A DNA stretch of 64,000 nt from Octopus bimaculoides. Its lineage: Eukaryota. Each line of letters begins with the position of its first letter. Position 1 is the first letter of the stretch. Under the pieces are notes generated by a model. It saw only the letters and a program-made list of their open reading frames with translations. It was not told where the DNA came from and searched no databases. Below are positions 27,201 to 36,450 of this stretch, piece by piece. The stretch covers positions 100,179,798 through 100,243,797 of the forward strand of contig NC_068983.1 of the NCBI RefSeq assembly GCF_001194135.2. Direction: 5' to 3'. Both the position numbers and the translations under genes were made by a program.

Positions 27201-30200
27201 ATTTTGAATCAATGGCATGGAGCTCAGATTCTCTCATGAGTAAAGTCTCTAAGAGAGAGATATCCTATTCCAAGCAAGAACAATCTCACAAAAGAAAAAT
27301 GAGAGTGGGAGTGGGGGACTCATTATACACCAACATCAAATAATGGAAGTGGATAATAGGAAATTAAAACTTGGAGAAAATATATATTTAAAAGCTTTAC
27401 TCACTGTTCTCAAAATAATATTCAGTTTCATTAAGGACATCAGCTCCATATCCAGGACGAGGATTTGTAGTCAAGAGGCCGTCATTACAATTAGCTTCAA
27501 TTTGTTTCTTTCTCCACTGAAATTCAAAATAGTAAGGTAGACTTGAAGAAGTTTTAACAGGTTCAAATGTTAGAGAAATTTTGAAGGTTTACATGTTATT
27601 TACAGTTTCTCAATGGTAACCAGAATATCTAAGTAGCCAGTGGTTAATATTTCTTTCCTCTCTGAACATTATGTAAAAAGTAGTAAGCTATACATAAGAT
27701 CTTTGTCCAACAATTTTCAAATTTTAGAGACATTTTATTAATTCATCCCCTGTCCCCACTACATTAAATATTGGTAAGTCTCTCGAATTTCATTTTTTAG
27801 ATGTAAATATAAAATTGTATATCTTGTGTTCTATTTGTGCACTACTCATTCACATGCTCAATGAATAATAAATTCTTACTTAACATTGTACTGTAATGAT
27901 TTATTATATTTCTTATTCATTAGAAACTAACATAGTTTCCACAGAAAATTATGGGGTTTACTTCTGCCTCCTTTTAGTAATTGTTAATCTTCAAGCTTTG
28001 TTCCATTTTCTGGTGTTTCATGTCTTTTTGCAACACATTTTCACTGGCATTTATATTAAACATTGACTTTTTGTGATAATTTTCATCTTCTTTCTGCAGC
28101 TGGAGTTCAGTGACTGAGAATAATTTCATTCAAAAAGTCAAGCTTTCATTTCCTTACTTTTACACTGTCACTCTTTCACTAACCTCATACACTTCAATAT
28201 TTCTTCTCTCTCTCTCTCTCTAGTTTCCTCTCTTTTTCTTTCATTGTCTTCACCTCTTTCATTTCCCATCTCGTATAGAGTTATATAGTCATATGTAAGT
28301 ACAGTTTCTAGTTTGAAGACAATTTCCTCCAACCAGTCTTGGAGGCCCTGAAAAAAAAATTTGAAAGTGCTTGAGACCTTCACAGGTCCTCTCAAATTAG
28401 TGAAGTTGATATTTAGTTTAAACACTAATAAATGAACTATTTCTGGGGAAATATGGACAAGGAATGAACTCCAGGAAAGAACAGTACTTCTTGGAAGAAG
28501 TGAGGGATTTGGCAAAATAGCTTACTCTTATTTCTTAATTATTTTCTCCAATTTTTTTTTTTTTATTATAGCTTTGCCAAATGCAGCAAGCTGGCAGAAT
28601 CATTAGCACATCGGACAAAATATTCAGTAGCATTTTGTCCATCTTTGCATTCAGAATTCAAAACCCACCAATGTCAAATTTGTCTTTCATCATTTCAAAG
28701 TCAATAAAATGAATACCAGTGGAGCATTGGGTTAATGTAATCGGTTATCCCCCTCCCTCAATATCTCAGGCCATGTGCCTATAGTTGAATTATTATAGTT
28801 TTTACAGAGGAAGAAGTGCTGCACTCATGTCATCCTCAGACCATAGATCTGTACTAGATGCTTGCAACAGAGCAGTGGAAATGCCAGGTAGTGTAGTTAA
28901 ACCAATGAATTAAGACTACAACCCAAGAACAAGAATGGTCCACTTTTCAGGCTTCTGCAGTTTCAGTCTACTGAATTTCACTCAAGGCTATGGGAGATAA
29001 AACTTGTTTCAAGTGCCACACATCATCATCACCTTTTTACAACCATCTTCCATGCTCTCATAGGTTGAATGATTTTACAGGATCCAAAGGCTGGATACCC
29101 CTCCTAAGACCAACAGTGGGATTAAAACTTGGAACTATTATTGCAAAGCAAACATCTTAACAAATACCTTTTTACATCAAAATGACCTGCACTAAATTTT
29201 GGGGATCTGGAGGAAATGGCACAAAAGGAAGAGTGACAAGAAAGAGATGAGTGTGTATGTAGTCTTGGTTTAAGGGCATATGCAACTACCTAGTTCATTG
29301 CTAAAAGTAACAGCCAAATACCCTAAAACATTCGCCTTCTTGTCTAAAATAATTGTTTTCCCTCTCTTTTTCAGTTCTTACAAGCCCCTACATTAGATTA
29401 CAGTATTAATTCGGTAATTTTCAAAGTTACATGTACAGCTCATTTAAAAACGAAATCATTTTTACTAACGCCGAAACTTCCTTCTTTAAAGAATAATTTA
29501 AAAGCTGTTTCAAATACTTCAGGTATTTCGAATTTAATTACGCAAACGTTATACAGTATACAAAAATAAAATATAGAAATTTTGGCGGAGGTAAAGAATA
29601 CGTACACCACCGGTTTTCGGCGTAGCAAAAACCCTAACCACCTGGTGTACGTATTCTTTACCTTCGCCCCGATTTTCTTCTATTTCACTTGCACTTTTAC
29701 AGGCATGTAAGATTATATTATATGATGTGTCCTTATAGTAATGGTAGGGTGTCATTTCAAAGAGGCTGCTACTTCCAGCAGGTTGAGAGGCATTCTCATC
29801 AGTTCTAATTCATTCTACTTTCAAATTCATCTGAAGGTAACAGAGACTTATAAACAAAAAAATATATATTATGAAAGAATTTTTTGTAAAAGTACACTTT
29901 GATGTATACACGTGATAAGTGGTTAACGATGCTGAGACTATTTCGATAACGATGGAATTGATGAGAAAGCACGGATGAAGCGAAGCTTCTTTTCATGACT
30001 CGAGTATATCAAATAACAGAGTACAAGGAAACTAAGTGGTCTGCAACGGTAAAAATTATTCAATAAATTTTGAATTCGTATACTGTAGGAAATGAGATGT
30101 GAGTACGCACGTCTCCTCACTGTTTGCGAACTATAAACATGTACGGCATATTGTAATCAATAACGAATTTTAAGGTCGTGTAATAATTTATGCTACTTTT

Positions 30201-30873
30201 AGATGTTTCTTTTCGGTGGGTAAAAAAGTGATAAAGGTTTATAGTGACAAGGGAGATATATCGGCAGAATCGTTAGAGAAAAGCTTTGCAGCATTTCTTC
30301 CAATTCAAATCCCACCGAAGTCTACTTGGGCTGACAAGGCGCTCAATCAAATTAATCGGATCGATGGTATCAACTTAACGCCTCCCCACAATTTCGTGGC
30401 CATGTACCAAAGTCACCATTATTATAAAAGAGATGATTATTGTAAAAGAAAAGATAGTAAAAAAGACGTACTTTCTTCAAAGCTCGCTTCGACATTGTTT
30501 GACATAATGGACTAGCATTTTCTGTTTTACTGGTTTCATATTTTGAGTGTTCACATTTTTCCTTTTCTATAGAAGCTGTAACAGTTTCTGGCTGATTTTC
30601 AGTGATTTGAAACGTTTCGTTTCCATTTTTCTTATCAGCATCAGTAGAACTAAGATTAGCCATGGTTAAACTAACAGACTGAGATTTTATAAAATTAGAC
30701 GAGTTCAAACTACGTTTTAAAAACGATGTTATACTTAAGCTAAAAGACCTGCAGCAAACATAATGTAGCACGCGAGAATTAAATGAAAAAGTTAAAAGTT
30801 CTTTGTTCGAAAAAAATGTCGCACTTGATTCTCTAAAACTATGACGAACACATGTAACAAAATATTTTGACAT
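9261..30873 (-). CDS. RPUSD2: RNA pseudouridylate synthase domain-containing protein 2 (RluA family), 11 coding exons
   Basis: Exons: 30873(or 30663)-30472, 27516-27405, 26245-26124, 25151-25051, 23753-23587, 21900-21759, 20091-19955, 18362-18309, 17468-17371, 14659-14318, 9323-9261. All introns are GT-AG with consistent phases; 509 aa from ATG 30663 or 579 aa from ATG 30873. Motifs: YYFENNLRKVYPYY, KGRW, HRHENPV, NKPSSIPCHPCGRYR, IYRLDRLTSG (catalytic Asp), KEYVCRV, TGRTHQLRVHL, HPIINDPLY, MYLHALSYKGPDWEY. The exon1-exon2 join is the least certain. Confidence 0.95.
9406..10661 (+). mobile_element. full-length decayed mariner in the last RPUSD2 intron
   Basis: TIRs TTGGGTCATCCCATAAATAATG / revcomp GTAGGTCATTTCATAAATATTG, TA flanks; transposase remnants GDEKW, HQDNARLH, HPSYSPDIAPSDYHL (ORF 10050-10445). 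Confidence 0.92.
10920..11095 (+). mobile_element. tRNA-derived SINE (degenerate)
   Basis: GGCAATGGCCCAGTGATTAGGGCAGTGGATTCACAGTC tRNA-like head after a (CA)n run. Confidence 0.55.
11255..11955 (+). mobile_element. RTE-clade LINE, 3' end of ORF and start of 3' UTR
   Basis: ORF 11198-11839: VVDSFCYLGD, MLHCSETW, RLRWYGHVARM, GRGRPRKT; bounded by N gaps. Confidence 0.9.
12570..13695 (+). mobile_element. RTE-clade LINE, reverse transcriptase core fragment
   Basis: ORFs 12903-13370 and 13374-13844: KAPSPSGIT, YKGKGD, NYRSIKLL, QFGFVPGKSTTDAI, FVDMEKAFDRV, GVHQGSVLSPLLF, (N)ADD; contains in-frame stops. Confidence 0.92.
14750..14940 (-). mobile_element. tRNA-derived SINE (Meta-domain-like family)
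   Basis: Reverse complement of the 7581/45620 family, including GGTCAACTTTGCCTTTCATC and AATAAGTACCAG. Confidence 0.75.
14995..16840 (+). mobile_element. internally deleted RTE LINE derivative
   Basis: APE start (GTLKGR..VDVCCIQEVRWRG), then a jump to the linker (KKQVWKDWK), then a jump at ~15690 from ENE directly to GFRVNLAKTK that omits the RT core; 3' ORF end and (ATG)n tail present. Confidence 0.8.
16891..17210 (-). mobile_element. short RTE-tail retroposon copy with tandem UTR units
   Basis: Reverse-complement tail TCGTCATCATTTAATGTCTGCTTTCCATG; lies tail-to-tail with the preceding element. Confidence 0.8.
20156..21022 (-). mobile_element. internally deleted mariner (second lineage)
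   Basis: TIRs GAAGGTGGTATCAAAAGGTTCCTGGACTAGTT / revcomp TTAGGTGGTTTTAAAAAGTTCCCAGACTAGTT; remnants MKFCVKLGKSAT..CFEW..RSGRP (ORF 20551-20805) and PHLPYSPDLAPANFHLFP (ORF 20251-20454); catalytic middle missing. Confidence 0.88.
22965..23140 (-). mobile_element. short RTE-tail retroposon copy
   Basis: CATCATCATCATTTAATGTCCATTTTCCATGCTGGCAT ... GGATGCCCTTCCTAACACCAACCAC. Confidence 0.75.
28580..28795 (+). mobile_element. tRNA-derived SINE (Meta-domain-like family)
   Basis: GCTGGCAGAATCATTAGCAC head and TTTCATCATTTCAAAGTCAATAAAATGAATACCAG body. Confidence 0.7.
29584..29668. other. 26-bp inverted repeat hairpin with a telomere-like motif in the loop
   Basis: GGCGGAGGTAAAGAATACGTACACCA (29584-29609) vs TGGTGTACGTATTCTTTACCTTCGCC (29643-29668): 25/26 complementary, 33-nt loop containing AACCCTAACC. 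Confidence 0.9.
30262..30420 (+). mobile_element. degenerate SINE (Meta-domain-like family)
   Basis: GGCAGAATCGTTAG ... TTCAAATCCCACCGAAGTCTACTT ... GGCCATGTACCAAA; accounts for most of ORF 30216-30515. Confidence 0.6.
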
Positions 30874-31329
30874 TTGTTCAAAGTCTCTAAAAGTACTTGT
30901 CAGTACAATAACGAGTAAAAATTAGTTGAAATAAACACATGGCTAGAGTAGAAGGGAGATAATTTGAAGGAAAAAAAAAACGGTCTTTCATTTACAATTA
31001 AACATTAAATATAAACCCGTTGGTTCCAATGAGGAACATTGTATCAATTCAAATTTGAATAATATCGCATGAGACAAAAGGTATTTCATAGAAGACATAG
31101 TGAAATGATAGGGGAGAATGTATGTTTACACTGTTTTAACTTTGGTTTTCAAAAATAGCTGGCAGATGATGTTTAATTCTTACGTTTATGTATTTGTTTT
31201 GCTAGATTCCTGATGTGAAATATGTTGAAATCTGTGACTGAGATTGAAAAGATCCAAATTATTTAATCGATATAATGTAAAACGTTGATACAATTTTGAC
31301 CGTATTTATTTATCTTTTGCTCTACTGTG

Positions 31330-31589
31330 TTATGGACTGTGATACCTGGAGTTTGCGGCCGATGCAACAAGATTGGAGCCGGAGAACGTGTTGCAGTACT
31401 TCACGTCCCAGATTAGGGGCCTGCCTCCCTCATATGGGAAGAGGGTTATACCATCGAGACGCTTATTATCCCTGCACTCAAGACCTACTGATTCCAGTTG
31501 TGGCGGGAAACCAGCTGCATCGAGGCTCCTTCTAATTATGGGATTCAGAGTGGTGTCGGGGATCCGACCTGAGCTTTGGCTGCAAGATA
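31330..31589 (-). mobile_element. CRE-like (RLE-type) non-LTR retrotransposon endonuclease fragment
   Basis: SCSQSSGRIPDTTLNPIIRRSLDAAGFPPQLESVGLECRDNKRLDGITLFPYEGGRPLIWDVKYCNTF resembles the R-PDG...LxWD restriction-like endonuclease region of CRE-clade elements. Confidence 0.75.
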
Positions 31590-31870
31590 CCCAGCAAGCA
31601 ACCATATCGGCCCTACATCAGAAATTGTATTGATTTGATTTCAGCTCAGTCTCATTTTGCAATACAGCGCAACATCGGGCCAACATATTCCCTGATGTTG
31701 GGCCGATGTGAGATTTTGGTTGACATCAGCCTAATGTCATATTCACTTGACGGTCACATCGGTCTGATATGAAAATGAGGTTGGGCTGATATATGGTTGT
31801 TCAACTTGAGAAGTCTCAATATCAGCCTGAGCCGATTTTGCCAAATGCCTGATCTGGCTCCAAAATACAT
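31590..31870 (+). mobile_element. terminus of an EnSpm/CMC-like DNA transposon with subterminal repeats
   Basis: Starts CCCAGCAAGCA exactly where the CRE reading frame breaks; followed by at least 6 direct/inverted ATCGG(C/G)CC(A/G)A-like motifs and a 15-bp-arm hairpin (31672-31709). Superfamily is inferred; no partner TIR found. Confidence 0.5.
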
Positions 31871-33210
31871 TCAAGGATGGGCTAATTAATGTATGATTAA
31901 ACATTTATACCGGTTTGACATTGGCCACAGTTTGTTCTCCATAGCATTACACCAGATCCCTGGCATGAATTGCTCTGATTCCAGCCTCACCCACCCAGTG
32001 TTTGAAAATAAAAATGTAATATTGTTTCAACTTATAGCCAATAAAGACCACCCACTGCTAAACAAAATCAAAATTAAATTTATTTTGAAGATGTAAGTGT
32101 ATGAGCATCAGTTTACATGGCATGTGTATGGAAATATCAGAAAAATCATGTAGAAACCGCCAGAAAAAAAAAAAATGAACAACTCATTTTTCTTTGCGAA
32201 CATAATTTATTTTATAAACTATAACTTTAAAAAATGGCTATTTACAACACAACAAAAGTAAATCACAACATATAGAAGTTAATAAAAATAAAGACAATAT
32301 ATACTGGCCAATATACACTGTAAAACTAAGATATTTATTTAACTGGTGTTAGGGTCAGTTATACAGCTGTGGCTATTTGTGACAAAGTTCAACAATCATT
32401 CATATCTGCATATAAAAACCAGTAAATAAGGAGTAATAGCATTCATTTTAGGGTTCAATTTTATGACTTGAAATTTGGGAGATTTGTTAAAAATTAATAT
32501 ATTTACAATGTGCAGATATAAGAAAAACACATTATTGTTACCAGTGCATCGCTAAAATGGATTGCTTTAAAAAATTGAGGTAACCCATAAATGGGTTATC
32601 TTAATTTTCAATTTGTGCAGACTCGAGATCTGTGGCAGATTCATTGTCAAGAAGAGACTTGTCCAAATTTTTTTTTTCTTTCCTCTTTTGGCCACCATTT
32701 CTGTCACTAGCAGTCAGAAGCCATTCTCGAGTCACCAACTCAACCACTGCTTCTGTTGCATTTTTCATAGTCTTGCAAACAGCCCCTGAAATTAATTATG
32801 TTACTTAAAAGTAGTTCTTAATGAGAGAATAACAAATGTACTCACATCCATTTACTCGTACTAATCACAAAGGCAAAAATCTACTAGCATAAATTACATG
32901 GATTTGATTAATTCTACAGTTGAAAACAGATATAAACATTCATAAATGTTCACTACTGTTTTCTGTCAGAAGCTACCAAAGCTAGTACAACCACTCCCCT
33001 CACCCCACAGTCTGGCTAAAACAGTACTCAATGTGAATATTAATATCACCATATGCCCAGACCAGGGCCATTTTCAGTCCAATGACTGCAAATCAAAATT
33101 TTAAAATGCAGTCATTTTCAATACACTATGAGCAAAGGATAAAATATAAGCTTAAATGTAAAGCAAAATGTAGAATAATAGCCTTTTTGTCAAACATCAA
33201 AAACAATTAA

Positions 33211-33694
33211 GAGGGTTCCTGCAGATTTTTAAAAAGAAAATTCAAGGGTTTTTAAAGGTATTTTCAAGCTAGATTCAAGGATCATCACGACCACTCCACA
33301 AAAAATTCAAGAGTTTCCAAGGGCATTTTTCTGATAAAACAAAACTATTTACACTACTTAAGTTCTCAAATCATTTTGTTTAAATATCGCCCAATTTATT
33401 TCCTCAAGCTGTTGACTAATGTGTAGCAATGTTTCCACACCAGTGTTGGCTGCCTGTACAGGCAGACAACACTGACATGGAAACATTTCAAATATGAATT
33501 CAGATTATTGGTTTAAGTAGAACATTTTTCTTCTGAGTATGGGGAGTGGACTGAATATAAAACTTTTAAATAAAAATTCAAAGTTTTCAAGGATTGCTGT
33601 GTGTCTGGATAATTTTCAAGGGCTATCAAGGCCTGGAATTTTACTTTTGAAATTCAAGGATATTCAAGGAATTCAAGGACCCATGGGAACCCTG
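33211..33694. mobile_element. MITE with (C/G)AGGGTTCC termini and TTCAAGG subterminal repeats
   Basis: GAGGGTTCCT ... GGGAACCCTG; ATTAA on both flanks (33206-33210, 33695-33699); many TTCAAG(G) motifs. Confidence 0.8.
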
Positions 33695-33897
33695 ATTAAG
33701 AAATTGCTAAGGCCTGCAGCACGATTTTCATTTTTAGGATTATATGTGGGCACAAGCCTACCTGCATGAGGATCTACCAGCAGTTACCCTCACATATATA
33801 ACATTCAGTGTCTTAACATAGTGGTTAATCACAACATTCTGAAAACCAAACTAGCATATCTCCATTTTTCAAAGATAATTCTTACAATTTTTCAACA

Positions 33898-34610
33898 AAA
33901 CCATACAGATACAGATATTGTAAGAAGTGGCTTGATGAGCCGGTTCTAAAGATATCCATATCTGTATGGTTTAACTGAGAGAGTCCCAAGAAATTTCAAG
34001 CTGTGATAGTCTTATACTGGTTTATTTTTTGGCTGTTTTGATCAGTGATTTGGGTAAATGGTTAACATAGATCTGAGCTCTTTCAAAAAGATATAAAAGA
34101 AAAATTGCGTGTTTCACCTCCAGAATGCATAAACTCCATAACATTAATGTCAATACAACTGCTTTGTTAACTGGAAGCAACTGTCATTGTTTTGAAGCAA
34201 AGTGGATTATCGGTATCAGCAAAAGATCGCAAATCCTGCCAATATTGACAGCTGATATATGATTGGCTGTCAGCTGCACAACATGTGTAATGGTGATAGC
34301 TTATTTTGAAGAAAGTTCAGAAAAAGAAACAGACACGCCCCAAATACAGTTCCACCCGGGATGTTCATTGAGTCACACTGACTGATAGACAACCTCACCT
34401 CTCGTCTGTGATATCTAATAGTTCAGCTTAGAAAATGCAGTGCTGCTGATGACAACGTCGGCAGCACTTCATCCAGTAAGATAAACTTCCTTATCTGAGT
34501 GGCTTATCACACCTGTGTAATCAGAGCATAGATATCAATTTTGGTATTGGTCAATATTGGATTATCGGATATCAGCAAATACTGATAATACACATATCGG
34601 CTCATCCCTA
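33898..34610. mobile_element. hAT-like non-autonomous element remnant
   Basis: Right end reads TAGGGATGAGCCGATA on the minus strand; repeated (C/A)GATA motifs; 21-bp-arm inverted repeat 33898-33918/33952-33972; left terminus not identified. Confidence 0.45.
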
Positions 34611-36129
34611 GGAGATGGCTATTCAATCTGGGGAATTGGGTATACAAAGGCTGATATCTTTGATACTTACTGTGAATCACTGATGAAAGTTTCAACTGGC
34701 CAAATGAAAGTTTGCCAGAGGATTTAAACCCACTGCCATTGGTTGACTTATCTTATTTTACCAGTAAAACAGAACTTGTAAACCACAGTATACAGGCACC
34801 ATGTCACTTTCTGAGGTTCCTGCTGGGACCTTAATCAAATAATGTTTTCAACTGAATATCAGATTGATGCGCTTAGATATTTGTAATTACTATACGTTCA
34901 AAAGAAACTGAATCTGAGGTTATGAGTACTGATATGAGCACACAATGATGGGTGTGAGTGTCTTTGGTGTGTGTGTGGGATATGGAAACACACATGTGAA
35001 GAATGAAGAAAGCAATTGTCACATGTAAGTAGACAGATCAGTTAGAGAGGGGCAGAGAGGTTATTAATGAACCAGCAGGTAAAACCATTAAAATGTACAA
35101 ATAACCAGGTTATTTTGAACTGCACCATCACTTAGCTTCCAAAGCCTCAACATCCTCTTGACTCCCACAAGGGAAATAAACTGTATCGGGGAGGTTTCTT
35201 GTCTCTGAAATGGAGGATGAGAATGGAATATTTTGAATTAGCTGCAGAATTTCCCTCTGCTGGGACAGTTCCTCTTGAATTTTTTCAATTGTGGTGAAAA
35301 GCCGGTGATCCTGAACTGAAATAGAAAAAAAAAAGGGAGAGTAGAGTTATGAAATACTTTCTGAGTATACCTCATAACATTAGTAGTTTGCAAATATACT
35401 GAAAATAATACACAATCAATAATAATCTCATTTCACATTTGCTTTCTGAAATCGGAGAGATTGCTAAATCAACTATCTGTGACCTTATAGAAGGTCTAGT
35501 ATAACACTAATATTTATTTACTTTTTCTAGTTTGCCGTGATTAGGGGTAGGGGTTTCGTATTTCAGAAATGGGAATTATGATACCTATTTAACAGGGAAG
35601 TGGCACCTTGTTGCAGTGCTCCGAGGGCCTCTAGAATAGTAAAAGACCCCAAAGTTAATATTACAGTATTATATTCCTCATGCTAATACAAGCAAAGTTT
35701 TTGTACCTCTTCACCCAAAAGAGAAAACATCCAACATGGCACTGTGGCTATCTGAAGCTAAAACTTATATCATCACACAAATATCAACAGACCAGTGAGG
35801 ATGTGTTATACAATTTATTGTTTTTAAGTAATCCTTTTGAAACAAGATAGGTTAAATTGATAAAATTCTTGAAACTTAGCACTTTATAGGTATATATTTG
35901 TAATTATTAGTGTTTAATTGAGGGGAATTAAAATATAATTTATTTACTGAGAAAAGCCTCTATTGAAAGAAATCAACATTATTTAGTTTTATAAACTATA
36001 CATATAACACTAAATATAAAATAAAACCAAATTATTTAGTATATCGATTCATACCAGTACAAATACGAAGAAAATTGACTTATAGTTCATCAGAATATCT
36101 GAAAAAACAACAGAAAAAATAATTTCACA

Positions 36130-36320
36130 AAAGGCCAATAGGGTCCAGTTGGACCCCAATTACCATATTTTATGCTATAACATCCGTATGACTGGAAATT
36201 TTTAACTCAAAATTTGTGTGTGCATACATAAACTATTGACAATAAAAGTCATGAGATTTGCATAACTTCTTTTAATTTTGCTGGGGTCCCAAGGAACCCT
36301 GCTGTCCCACGAAGGGTTAA
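36130..36320 (-). mobile_element. piggyBac-like element end
   Basis: ...GAAGGG|TTAA terminus with GGGTCC..GGACCCC and GGGGTCCC..GGAACCC subterminal motifs. Confidence 0.5.
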
Positions 36321-36450
36321 TTACATAAATATTCCACATTAAAATACAATTTCAAAACAGGAAAAAATATAGTCATGAGCAAAGAAAGGAAAAAAGAAAA
36401 AAAACATCAAGTCACCACTAAGTGCATCAATCAGTCGCACACCATAATGG

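Larger units (their letters stand above)
32601..35315 (-). pseudogene. decayed spliced DUF4806-like gene (three 3' exons: ~35315-35106, ~34829-34671, 32785-32601)
   Basis: QDHRLFTTIEKIQEELSQQREILQLI..LPDTVYFPCGSQEDVEALE / KFCFTGK..GKLSFGQLKLSSVIH|RAVCKTMKNATEAVVELVTREWLLTASDRNGGQKRK. Phase-1 junction A|gtaagt ... tttcag|GG is intact; frameshifts near 35135 and 34750. Confidence 0.65.

Noticed and set aside
27955-28100. Possible extra RPUSD2 exon (LQKEDENYHKK...)
   Set aside because: All three frames hit stops before any usable donor.
29750-29810. CTGATGA ... GAAA on the minus strand
   Set aside because: No stem II closing next to GAAA and no stem I or III pairing.
29584-30100. Telomerase RNA locus
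   Set aside because: A template-like 10-mer is present, but I could not build a P2b/P3 pseudoknot, CR4/5 or H/ACA domain, and the flanking stem geometry is wrong. Kept only as a low-probability alternative.
30216-30515. 99-aa plus-strand ORF antisense to RPUSD2 intron 1/exon 1
   Set aside because: Mostly a degenerate SINE, with a TTG start and no recognisable domain.
30472-30663. Exon initially resembling the TRMT10A N-terminus (MSKRALKK)
   Set aside because: No SPOUT-domain exons are found downstream, and it splices in phase to the RPUSD2 exons.
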